From: Geobacter sulfurreducens PCA | GTDB taxonomy: Bacteria > Desulfobacterota > Desulfuromonadia > Geobacterales > Geobacteraceae | NCBI RefSeq assembly: GCF_000007985.2 | Contig: NC_002939.5 | Span: forward strand, 2,610,001 to 2,642,000 | Direction of reading: 5' to 3' | Length of the DNA: 32,000 bases | Part shown: positions 24,475 through 32,000 of the stretch, piece by piece | Layout: each line of letters starts with the position of its first letter | Numbering within the stretch: position 1 is the stretch's first letter | The notes under the pieces: model-generated | What the model was told of the DNA's origin: nothing | Seen by the model: only the letters and a program-made list of their open reading frames with translations | The model's database searches: none | Program-made: the position numbers and the translations under genes

Positions 24475-24825
24475 TTCATCATGCGTTCTAATGCCATTAC
24501 TCTCACTTGAGTTATCACACACCATGTCATACATGGCGACAATCCAGCTTAATCACTGATGTGATTCAAGTAGTGTATGACATATAATCTTATTAAGCCA
24601 TGACTTACCCTGCAGAATAGGTAGCTATGTAAAGAGATGACTGTCTAACAAATGCATCAAAACTATAAAATAGTTGTCACAGATCACACAATGTTACCAG
24701 TTCAACTAGTGGATGAGCACAAGATCCGCACCATGCAAAACCAGCTTTGTAATTAAAAGGCGTGTACGGAAAAGATTCTTCGCGGTGGGGCATCAGTCCT
24801 AACCGAGATTTGCCGCTGATGAAAT

Positions 24826-27800
24826 ATGGGCTCGGCCCCGTATGTTCGAGGAGGTACCGTGGACTATACCCTGAAGGATCTTCTGGACATTCCCGGACTG
24901 CAGGCGCTGCTCGATTCTCTGCGGGCGCTTCATCAGCTTGCCTCCTCCGTAATCGACCCTGAAGGTACCATTCTCGCCGCTTCGGGCTGGCAGCGGCTCT
25001 GCACGGAATATCACCGGGCACACCCACCCTCCCGGCAAAAGTGCATCGAAAACGAACTCCGCGTTGGCTCCCAGGCCGGCGAGTCACTCATGCCTGTCAT
25101 CCACCGCTGCCCCATGGGACTTGAGTATGCGGTCACGCCAATCGTTATCGAGGGAGAGCACCTGGCGAATATCTTTGTCGGCCAGATTTTCACCTCCTCT
25201 CCGGACGAGTCGTATTTTGTCCGCCAGGCGCGGCAGTTTGGATTCGACGAGGACGCCTACCTGGCGGAAATGCGGAATGTGCCGATCTTTGACGAGGAAA
25301 CGCTTCACTCGTATCTCGCCCTTTTCCGCAGCATTGCCAACATGCTTGCGGAGCAGGGCCTGCACGTACTGCGACAGCGCGTGGCCAACGAGGAGCTCCG
25401 GAAGAGCGAAAAACGCCACCAGACCATTCTCCAGGCCGCCCTCGGCGGGCTTTGCACCATCGACATGCAGGGCCGGCTGCTCGAAGTCAACGAGGCCTAT
25501 TGCCAGAAGATCGGCTACAGCCGGCAAGAACTGCTGACCATGAGCATCTTCGACCTGGAGGCAGCCGAAACGCCCACCATGACATCCGCGCACATGCGGA
25601 AGATCATGGAAGACGGGGAAGGACATTTCGAATCGCGCCATCGGTGCAAGGACGGAAGCGTTATCGACGTGGAAGTCAACGTCAGGTACTGCCCCGAAGA
25701 TGGCGGCCAGTTTATCGCCTTCCTGCGCAACATTACGGAGCGCAAACGTGCTGAAGCGCTCCATAGGATGGGGCAGGATATCCTGCTCGCGCTCAACGAG
25801 AATGAAGATATGAAGGAGGCGATCCAGCGGGTTCTGGGTCTGCTGAGATCGGCTACCGGGGTCGATGCCGTTGGGATTCGCCTGCAGGACGGAGACGATT
25901 TCCCCTATTTCTACCAGGAAGGGTTCCCTCCGGACTTTCTGCAGAAAGAGGACTCCATCGTAGCAAGGAATAAGGATGGCGGGGTGTGCCGGGACTCATG
26001 CGGCAACGTCTGCCTGGAATGCACCTGCGGCATGGTGATTTCCGGCAGTACGGACCACGCCAACCCGCTCTTCACCCCGGGGGGGAGCGCCTGGACCAAT
26101 GATTCGTTTCCCTACCTCGAAGTGCCGGCCGACCAGGACCCCAGGACAACTCCGCGCGACGAATGCATCCACCAGGGGTACGCATCGATCGCCCTGATCC
26201 CCATCCGGGCAAAGGGACGAATCGTCGGGCTGCTGCAGCTGAACGACCGCCGCAAGGGGCGCTTTACTCGCGAGGGGATCGAAGCCCTCGAAGACATCGC
26301 CAAGAACATCGGCGAGGCAATGCTGCGCAAGCAGGCCGAGGAGAAACTTGTTGCCAGCGAGCGCTTCCTCCGCATGCTCACCAATCAGCTGCCGGGGATG
26401 GTCGGCTACTGGGACCGGGATCTCCGCTGTCGCTTCGCGAACGATGCCTACAAGGAATGGTTCGGCAGGTCGCCGGAGCAGATCATCGGCCTCACCGTCC
26501 AGGAATTGATGGGGGAAGAGCTGTTCCGCCTGAGCGAGCCGTACATCCGGGGCGCCTTGCAGGGGGAACCCCAGAATTTCGAGCGGGAGCTGGTGAAGCC
26601 GAACGGCGAAACGGGCTACACCTGGGCCCAGTACATTCCCGACATGGTGAACGACAAAGCGATCGGCTTCTTCGTGCTTATCTCGGATGTGACCGAACTC
26701 AAACGAGCCGAGCAGGAAAAGGCTGCTCTCGAAGTCCAGCTCATGCAGGCCCAGAAAATGGAATCCGTGGGACGTCTGGCCGGGGGTGTGGCACACGACT
26801 TCAACAACATGCTGAGCGTCATCCTGGGGCATACTGAAATGGCACTCCTGCGCATGGACCCCAACCAACCGACCTATGCCTCGCTCCGCGAAATCGACAA
26901 AGCAGCCCAACGTTCTGCCGACCTTACCCGGCAACTCCTGGGCTTTGCGCGGCAGCAAACCGTTTCCCCCAAAGTGCTGAACCTGAATGAAAGCATTTCG
27001 GGGCTGCTCACTATGCTGCACAGGCTGATCGGCGAGAATATCCGCCTTCAGTGGCAGCCGGCGGCGAACCTGTGGCAGGTTCGCATGGATTCGTCGCAGA
27101 TCGACCAGATCATGGCAAACCTGTGCGTTAACGCCCATGATGCCATTGCCGACGTGGGCGAGATCATCATTGAAACAGGGAACTGCACCTTCGACGAGAG
27201 GGACGGTACGATTCATCCCCATGGGGCAGTCGGTGATTACGTGAGGATCCGCGTGAGCGACAATGGTTCGGGGATGGACAAGGAGACGCGTGCCCACATC
27301 TTCGAACCGTTCTTCACCACCAAGGAAGTGGGAAAGGGAACCGGCCTGGGATTGGCGACCATCTACGGCATCGTCAAGCAAAACAACGGACTGATCGATG
27401 TTGCCAGCGAGCCGGACAAGGGAACGACCTTCTCCATCTATCTCCCCCGATTCAAAGGAAGCGAGGAGCCGGCGACGCCGAGAACGGCAACGTCCTCCTT
27501 CAACCGGGGCAATGAAACGGTCCTGCTGGTGGAGGATGAACCGGCTATCCTGGCGATGACAACGGAGATTCTGACCCAACTGGGCTACGCGGTCCTGCAG
27601 GCGCCCACCCCCACCGAGGCGTTGCGCATCGGCTGCGAGCACAAGGGGGAGATCCATTTATTGATGACGGACGTCATCATGCCCGAAATGAACGGACGGG
27701 AGCTGGCCAAGAGCCTCTCACAGTTCTATCCCCGGATCAGGTGCCTGTACATGTCGGGGTACACCTCGGACATCATTTCCCCCCACGGCGTGCTCAACGA

Positions 27801-27873
27801 CAGCGTCCACTTCCTCCAGAAACCGTTCGACTTTACTACCCTTTCGCTAAAGCTGCGCGAGGTGCTCGACTGA
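24826..27873 (+). CDS. hybrid sensor histidine kinase: PocR, PAS, GAF (Cys-rich insert), PAS, HisKA, HATPase_c, receiver
   Basis: 1015 aa. PocR-like [14 protein letters not shown]...[31 protein letters not shown]-box [37 protein letters not shown], and receiver [13 protein letters not shown]. In-frame GTG 24859 preceded by GAGGAGG may be the true start. Confidence 0.9.
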   Translation: MGSAPYVRGGTVDYTLKDLLDIPGLQALLDSLRALHQLASSVIDPEGTILAASGWQRLCTEYHRAHPPSRQKCIENELRVGSQAGESLMPVIHRCPMGLEYAVTPIVIEGEHLANIFVGQIFTSSPDESYFVRQARQFGFDEDAYLAEMRNVPIFDEETLHSYLALFRSIANMLAEQGLHVLRQRVANEELRKSEKRHQTILQAALGGLCTIDMQGRLLEVNEAYCQKIGYSRQELLTMSIFDLEAAETPTMTSAHMRKIMEDGEGHFESRHRCKDGSVIDVEVNVRYCPEDGGQFIAFLRNITERKRAEALHRMGQDILLALNENEDMKEAIQRVLGLLRSATGVDAVGIRLQDGDDFPYFYQEGFPPDFLQKEDSIVARNKDGGVCRDSCGNVCLECTCGMVISGSTDHANPLFTPGGSAWTNDSFPYLEVPADQDPRTTPRDECIHQGYASIALIPIRAKGRIVGLLQLNDRRKGRFTREGIEALEDIAKNIGEAMLRKQAEEKLVASERFLRMLTNQLPGMVGYWDRDLRCRFANDAYKEWFGRSPEQIIGLTVQELMGEELFRLSEPYIRGALQGEPQNFERELVKPNGETGYTWAQYIPDMVNDKAIGFFVLISDVTELKRAEQEKAALEVQLMQAQKMESVGRLAGGVAHDFNNMLSVILGHTEMALLRMDPNQPTYASLREIDKAAQRSADLTRQLLGFARQQTVSPKVLNLNESISGLLTMLHRLIGENIRLQWQPAANLWQVRMDSSQIDQIMANLCVNAHDAIADVGEIIIETGNCTFDERDGTIHPHGAVGDYVRIRVSDNGSGMDKETRAHIFEPFFTTKEVGKGTGLGLATIYGIVKQNNGLIDVASEPDKGTTFSIYLPRFKGSEEPATPRTATSSFNRGNETVLLVEDEPAILAMTTEILTQLGYAVLQAPTPTEALRIGCEHKGEIHLLMTDVIMPEMNGRELAKSLSQFYPRIRCLYMSGYTSDIISPHGVLNDSVHFLQKPFDFTTLSLKLREVLD

Positions 27874-27997
27874 GTCGGCCGCACCGGAAGCGGGTCAAAG
27901 GCATGGTCGTCAGCCACTTAACGTGGTAACTAATTATGGCAGGTAAAACGAGATGGTGCGTAACCTACCGTCAGAGATCTTGACAGAGGAGATTCCC

Positions 27998-28579
27998 ATG
28001 AGACTGGTCGTTTCTCTCAGCCCAGCATTCATAATAGCCGCGATGTGCTTCTCGGTCTCTGTTTGCCCAGGGATCCGTGCCGAGGATTCAGCCACCTATG
28101 AATGGACGGATGACCAGGGGACGGTTACGTTTTCCGACAATCCGGCGCGCATTCCGGACAAGCAGAGGAAACGGGTCAAAAAGAGAGCGACCATCGCAGG
28201 AGAAGCGTCTCAGGCGGTGATTGAGCAGAAGACCGCCCCCGTCAAAAAGCAGCAGCCGCAGAGGGTGGAAAGCTATGGCGGTCATGGCGAAGGCTGGTGG
28301 CGACAACAATTTTCCACCATCCGGGCGGAGATAGCGCAAACCAGGGCCGACCTGGAAACCAAGCGGCAGAACCTCAAAACCCTCCATTACAAAATGACCG
28401 TAAGCAACGCCACGACCCAGGGCATATTCGGCAATCCCAGGAAAAACCGGAACAATTACCGGGCCGCGCACGATGATATCCGCGAGGGCGAAAAACAGCT
28501 CGAGGCTCTGGAGCAGAAACTCGTCGACCTGGAAAGTGAGGCGGCACGCCATGGGGTCCCGTTTGAATGGCGCAGATGA
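27998..28579 (+). CDS. DUF4124-like secreted protein with C-terminal coiled coil
   Basis: Start chosen at ATG 27998 (GAGGAG SD). Signal-like MRLVVSLSPAFIIAAMCFSVSVCPG, then YEWTDDQGTVTFSDNP (DUF4124 signature). The track ORF starts at 27953. Confidence 0.75.
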   Translation: MRLVVSLSPAFIIAAMCFSVSVCPGIRAEDSATYEWTDDQGTVTFSDNPARIPDKQRKRVKKRATIAGEASQAVIEQKTAPVKKQQPQRVESYGGHGEGWWRQQFSTIRAEIAQTRADLETKRQNLKTLHYKMTVSNATTQGIFGNPRKNRNNYRAAHDDIREGEKQLEALEQKLVDLESEAARHGVPFEWRR

Positions 28580-28719
28580 TGCCGCAAGGGAATGTGTGCC
28601 CCTGCCTTCAGGGGGATGCTGTTAACGTGCTGTGTCCAGGAGTGTACGTATGTATCTGAATAAAGATAACTCCCTGACACTATCGACGAGGCTTCATCGA
28701 AATCGGGGAATTCTTCTGG

Positions 28720-29685
28720 TTATTGCTGGAGGTGGGGCAGGTATTCGACAATCAACTCTTCGACCATATTTGCCTGCAGGATGTCTCTTTGGCGCTTCAT
28801 GGGGTCCCGATCAGGCTGTTCAGCCATCCATCGTTTGAACCTGACAAAGGCAGCCGGAGAAATAGTGTTCATCCTTGCCATGTGGCCGGTCGTGGCAATG
28901 ATCATCGCGGAAAAACGCGGCCCATCGAGAAGTAAACCAGCATTCCGGGCCGGTACGGCATAGAACTCATCATCCTCGTCAGTCAGCCGCAGCGGGTGGG
29001 GATCACCGTCTTTCGGCTCCCTTCGGATGATATCGACTTCAAAACCCTTGCTGTTGACGGCCGTGTATTTCTGGTCGTCGCGGATCCTGAAGGTGGGATC
29101 TACCTTCTGTATCAGCTTCAGCATCGATGTACCCATGGTGGTCATCTGCGTGATAAAGCTCAGACGCTTCCGGGTATCCAGAAGAAGGTCAATGTCCTGG
29201 GTTGCCAATGCTGCCGCTTCTCCAAAACCAACGCCCGCGGCAGCTTCATAGGCGTAGAGGGAATGGGTGCCAATAACCGTGAAATATTCCGAAAGCCCTA
29301 CTTTTACGAGCTTGTTCAGTATGTCGATGAGGATACGAGGCGCCCGGCCGACAAAGAGCGCCCGGTTCATCCGCTGTTGTCGCTCTAGTGCGCTGGTAAG
29401 ATCTGCGAGCCTTTGCTCGGCTTCAGCTTTTCTGGCAGTGAAATTCCGGTAAATCTGCTCCGTCTTCTCAGAGCGAGGACCAATACTTTTTTGAGCGTTG
29501 CCGGGGGACGTCCGGATCAGGTATTCCGTTTCGCCCTGTCGCTTCCAATACATGCCTCCGCGTACTTCGGAAGCAGCTTTTCGGGCATCTTCCCAAGCCG
29601 TGAACGTTGCTTGAGCGTCGATATATTGACGTCTGGCATCTTCACCTATATCAATCCACTGATACTTTTTCCGTATTTTTTTCAT
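28720..29685 (-). CDS. GSU2403-family nucleotidyltransferase-fold protein
   Basis: Start preferred at ATG 29685 (MKKIRKKYQWIDIGEDARRQY). The track start at 29721 is a TTG. NTase-fold signature VIGTHSLYAYEAAAG ... TQDIDLLLD (hG[ST] ... DxD). The family name is recalled from the NCBI family nomenclature. Confidence 0.75.
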   Translation of the reverse strand: MKKIRKKYQWIDIGEDARRQYIDAQATFTAWEDARKAASEVRGGMYWKRQGETEYLIRTSPGNAQKSIGPRSEKTEQIYRNFTARKAEAEQRLADLTSALERQQRMNRALFVGRAPRILIDILNKLVKVGLSEYFTVIGTHSLYAYEAAAGVGFGEAAALATQDIDLLLDTRKRLSFITQMTTMGTSMLKLIQKVDPTFRIRDDQKYTAVNSKGFEVDIIRREPKDGDPHPLRLTDEDDEFYAVPARNAGLLLDGPRFSAMIIATTGHMARMNTISPAAFVRFKRWMAEQPDRDPMKRQRDILQANMVEELIVEYLPHLQQ

Positions 29686-29875
29686 ATTTAGAGTTTTATA
29701 CGGAAAACATCTTATATTCAAGTAGATAATTCTATTTGAACAGTAAGGCTCTTTCCCTCATACAGCCAGTCTACGTTGAAAGAAGTGCGCCCACTGCGCT
29801 GATGATCTGTTGCGCCTTGCTCACAGGTCATCGGCAGAACCGTTATCGCAGACCACCGCCACTCGGATCACTTTT

Positions 29876-30640
29876 CTACTTCCCGCATTTCGTCGTTGCG
29901 TCGAAGAGAGCTCCTGCTTCCTGAAGATCGGCGCACCTGACCGGATCGAAGCTCTCCCCCAATCTGTTGGTTGCCGTGTCATAGATCGACACGGAGTGAA
30001 ACCTGGATTGCCGTAAATCCGCTCCCTTCAGTTTTGCATCCCTGAGTAGTGTGCCATTGAACGTTGCTCCTCGAAAATTTGCCCCTTCAAGGTCCAGGGA
30101 GCCGAGATCGGTTGCCGAAAGATCGGCAAAGGAGAAGTTTGTTCCCCTCAGCACGGCACCGCCGAGATTGGCATACTTGAGCTTCGCCCCCGAGAAATTC
30201 GCATTTGTCAGGTTTGCCTGACTGAAATTGCCCTTTTCGACGTTCACCTTGCGCATGTCGGCACCCGACAGATTTGCACCAACGAATTTCGCATGATGGA
30301 TGTATGCCCCGCTGCAATGTGCCGACCTCATGTCGGCCGTATCGAATATCGCCTCATCCAGGCTTGCACCATCCATCTGCGCGCCGGTCAGGTTTGCGCC
30401 GGTGAAGTTGCACGCGCCACAGTCATCAATTGCGGCTGCACTCAGGTCAGCCCCGGTGAAGTTGGATTCGTCCAGCTTTATTCCCTTGAGATCAACCCCC
30501 TTCAAGTCTGCACTCACAAAGTCACAATGCTCGCACTCTCCAAGCGATTTGGCGCGTTCGATCACCAGGGGGTCGAATGCGTGGGCCGTAGCAATGCTCA
30601 AAAGACCGAATGCAACTGATGTCGCCAGTTTGTTGAACAT
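29876..30640 (-). CDS. secreted pentapeptide-repeat protein
   Basis: Start chosen at ATG 30640 (GGAGG SD). Signal peptide MFNKLATSVAFGLLSIATAHA, followed by about 35 tandem A(D/N)LXX pentapeptides (ADLKGVDLKGIKLDESNFTGADLS...). The track ORF's 122-aa N-extension is implausible. Confidence 0.88.
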   Translation of the reverse strand: MFNKLATSVAFGLLSIATAHAFDPLVIERAKSLGECEHCDFVSADLKGVDLKGIKLDESNFTGADLSAAAIDDCGACNFTGANLTGAQMDGASLDEAIFDTADMRSAHCSGAYIHHAKFVGANLSGADMRKVNVEKGNFSQANLTNANFSGAKLKYANLGGAVLRGTNFSFADLSATDLGSLDLEGANFRGATFNGTLLRDAKLKGADLRQSRFHSVSIYDTATNRLGESFDPVRCADLQEAGALFDATTKCGK

Positions 30641-30720
30641 TGGAAGCCTCCTTGGAAGCGGAATCAAATTCGTGTCAATTATATCATCTGCATACGGCAA
30701 GCCGGGGAATGCCTGACAAC

Positions 30721-30741
30721 AAATAAACCGGGGTTCCCCGG
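30721..30741 (-). terminator. rho-independent terminator after cbpM
   Basis: On the minus strand, ccggggaaccccgg (6-bp GC stem) is followed by TTTATTT. Confidence 0.6.
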
Positions 30742-30792
30742 CCTCTCTCAGATAGTTTCCCCCAGCCATCACTCTCAAACCCCACAGAGCCC

Positions 30793-31095
30793 TCAAAGTC
30801 TCCGTTCCAGATCGTCGATGCGGTCCAGCAACTCCATCACCAGGGCCACGGCATCGAAGCTGAGACGAAGGTCTCGTTTCAGGCGCAAGGCTTTCCTGGC
30901 CCTGACCACGGCGCTCCGGTCGAACAGCGGAGTTGTCCCGGTCGATTGCGGCTCGATGAGCCCGATGGCAAAGAGCCGCTTCGCTACCGAGAGATGGCAC
31001 TCGCACAGCCTGCTCAGCTCATGGAGGGTAATGCCCGGCACGGAGACCAGTTCATGTTTTCTGCTGATTATGATTTCATACTGTTGAGCTGTCAT
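30793..31095 (-). CDS. cbpM: chaperone-modulator protein CbpM (MerR-like HTH)
   Basis: 100 aa, located 12 nt downstream of a zinc-finger-less DnaJ homologue. Its size, its position and the pattern ITLHELSRLCECHLSVAKRLFAIGLIEP...ALRLKRDLRLSFDAVALVMELLDRI fit CbpM. Confidence 0.75.
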   Translation of the reverse strand: MTAQQYEIIISRKHELVSVPGITLHELSRLCECHLSVAKRLFAIGLIEPQSTGTTPLFDRSAVVRARKALRLKRDLRLSFDAVALVMELLDRIDDLERRL

Positions 31096-31107
31096 AGCGG
31101 TCCTCGG

Positions 31108-32000
31108 TCACATACGCGGATCGAATCGCGATTCTTTGGCCAATTCCTCGAAGAGATGCCGTTCTCTGTCTGAGAGGTGCTTCGGCACCACGATACGCAC
31201 ACTCACCAGCAAATCTCCGTGGCGGCCCGAAGCAATCGGCATTCCCTTGCCGCGAACGCGCAAGATCTGGCCGCTCTGGGTTCCGGCCGGCACGGTGAGA
31301 TTGATCCTGCCGTCTACCGTCGGTACCGGCACCTTGGCACCTAACGCGGCTTCCCACGGGGTGACATCGACCATGGTAGTCAGGTCGTTGCCGTTCAGGG
31401 TGAAGCGGCTGTCAGGGAGAATGCTGACCCGCAGGAAAAGGTCGCCGGCTTCACCACCTCCCGTGCCACGCCCTCCCTGCCCGGCAAGCCGGATCAGCGA
31501 GCCGTCGGTCACCCCTGGCGGGATGGCAACATCATAGGTGCGCCTCGTCCTGGCCAGCCTGCCGGCGCTGTCCGCCTCCGCCCGTTCCAGTTCAATGCTT
31601 TTCCTGGCGCCATGATAGGCCTCAGCAAGCGTGATGGTGATGGTGGCCTCATGGTCGCGGCCTCGCCTTCTCCTGGTGCCTCCCCCCTGGAATTCAGCCG
31701 ATCCACCAAAGTTCCACCCGCTGCCGAACAGGTCCTGAAAGAAGTCACTGAACTGGCCCGGATCGGCAGTGGAGAAATGATGTCCGGCGTTGTCGCCTCC
31801 CTGATAGCCCTGAGTGCCGTGCCGTCCATCCCAATCGCGGCCGAGCTGATCGTACGTAGCCCGTTTGTCCGGGTCACTGAGCACCTCGTAAGCCTCGTTG
31901 ATCTGCTTGAATTTCTCTTCGGCATCGCCGGCCTTATTGATATCGGGGTGGTACTTGCGGGCCAGCTTACGGTAGGCCCGCTGTACCTCCTCTTGGGTTG
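31108..32000 (-). CDS. cbpA: curved-DNA-binding protein CbpA (DnaJ family lacking the Cys-rich zinc-finger domain); N-terminus beyond window end
   Basis: The reading frame is open to the window edge. The upstream part reads [53 protein letters not shown] (J-domain with HPD). A G-rich linker and two C-terminal DnaJ_C repeats follow, with no CxxCxGxG. Confidence 0.88.
   Translation of the reverse strand, partial: TQEEVQRAYRKLARKYHPDINKAGDAEEKFKQINEAYEVLSDPDKRATYDQLGRDWDGRHGTQGYQGGDNAGHHFSTADPGQFSDFFQDLFGSGWNFGGSAEFQGGGTRRRRGRDHEATITITLAEAYHGARKSIELERAEADSAGRLARTRRTYDVAIPPGVTDGSLIRLAGQGGRGTGGGEAGDLFLRVSILPDSRFTLNGNDLTTMVDVTPWEAALGAKVPVPTVDGRINLTVPAGTQSGQILRVRGKGMPIASGRHGDLLVSVRIVVPKHLSDRERHLFEELAKESRFDPRM

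Larger units (their letters stand above)
24358..24477 (+). repeat. right copy of ~120-bp diverged direct repeat (terminator + promoter-like module)
   Basis: See the left copy at 12675..12795. Confidence 0.8.

Noticed and set aside
25996-27657. 553-aa minus-strand ORF inside the PocR hybrid kinase gene
   Set aside because: It is a shadow ORF. The plus strand encodes canonical HisKA, HATPase and receiver motifs across the same interval.

Overview
This is a high-GC chromosome segment. Single 60-nt lines I counted reach about 73% G+C, for example at 1441. Gene content and a GSU2403-family protein suggest Geobacter or Geobacteraceae, which is an unverified inference.

Left core (1-12.7 kb): trpE-trpG-trpD lie on the minus strand. 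Next comes a six-gene, translationally coupled minus-strand operon: periplasmic binding protein, Cache/HAMP/PAS histidine kinase, B12-binding corrinoid protein, URO-D-family protein, DUF1638-like protein and GAF histidine kinase. htpG lies on the plus strand.

Middle (12.7-24.4 kb): a visibly AT-richer mosaic accessory island (about 30% G+C in the line at 18661). It is bracketed by about 120-bp diverged direct repeats, each made of a terminator plus a promoter-like module. It holds:
- two paralogous HEPN-like (RNxxxH) genes, one split by an IS3-family element and the other followed by a two-TM protein and a secreted Sel1-repeat protein
- two RAYT-type HUH transposase genes flanked by REP-like inverted repeats, plus a truncated RAYT duplicate
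- an IS110 transposase fragment
- hipBA bracketed by REP doublets
- two lipoproteins
- a GC-rich acetoacetate-decarboxylase-family gene

Right core (24.4-32 kb): a PocR-PAS-GAF-PAS hybrid kinase, a DUF4124 protein, an orphan GSU2403-family nucleotidyltransferase, a secreted pentapeptide-repeat protein and cbpA-cbpM.

No rRNA, tRNA or CRISPR array was recognised. Many long ORFs in the track are antisense shadow ORFs of GC-rich genes and are not reported.

The two best candidates for something undescribed are the corrinoid/URO-D/DUF1638 module embedded between two sensor kinases, and the HEPN-like + TM + Sel1 module in the island.
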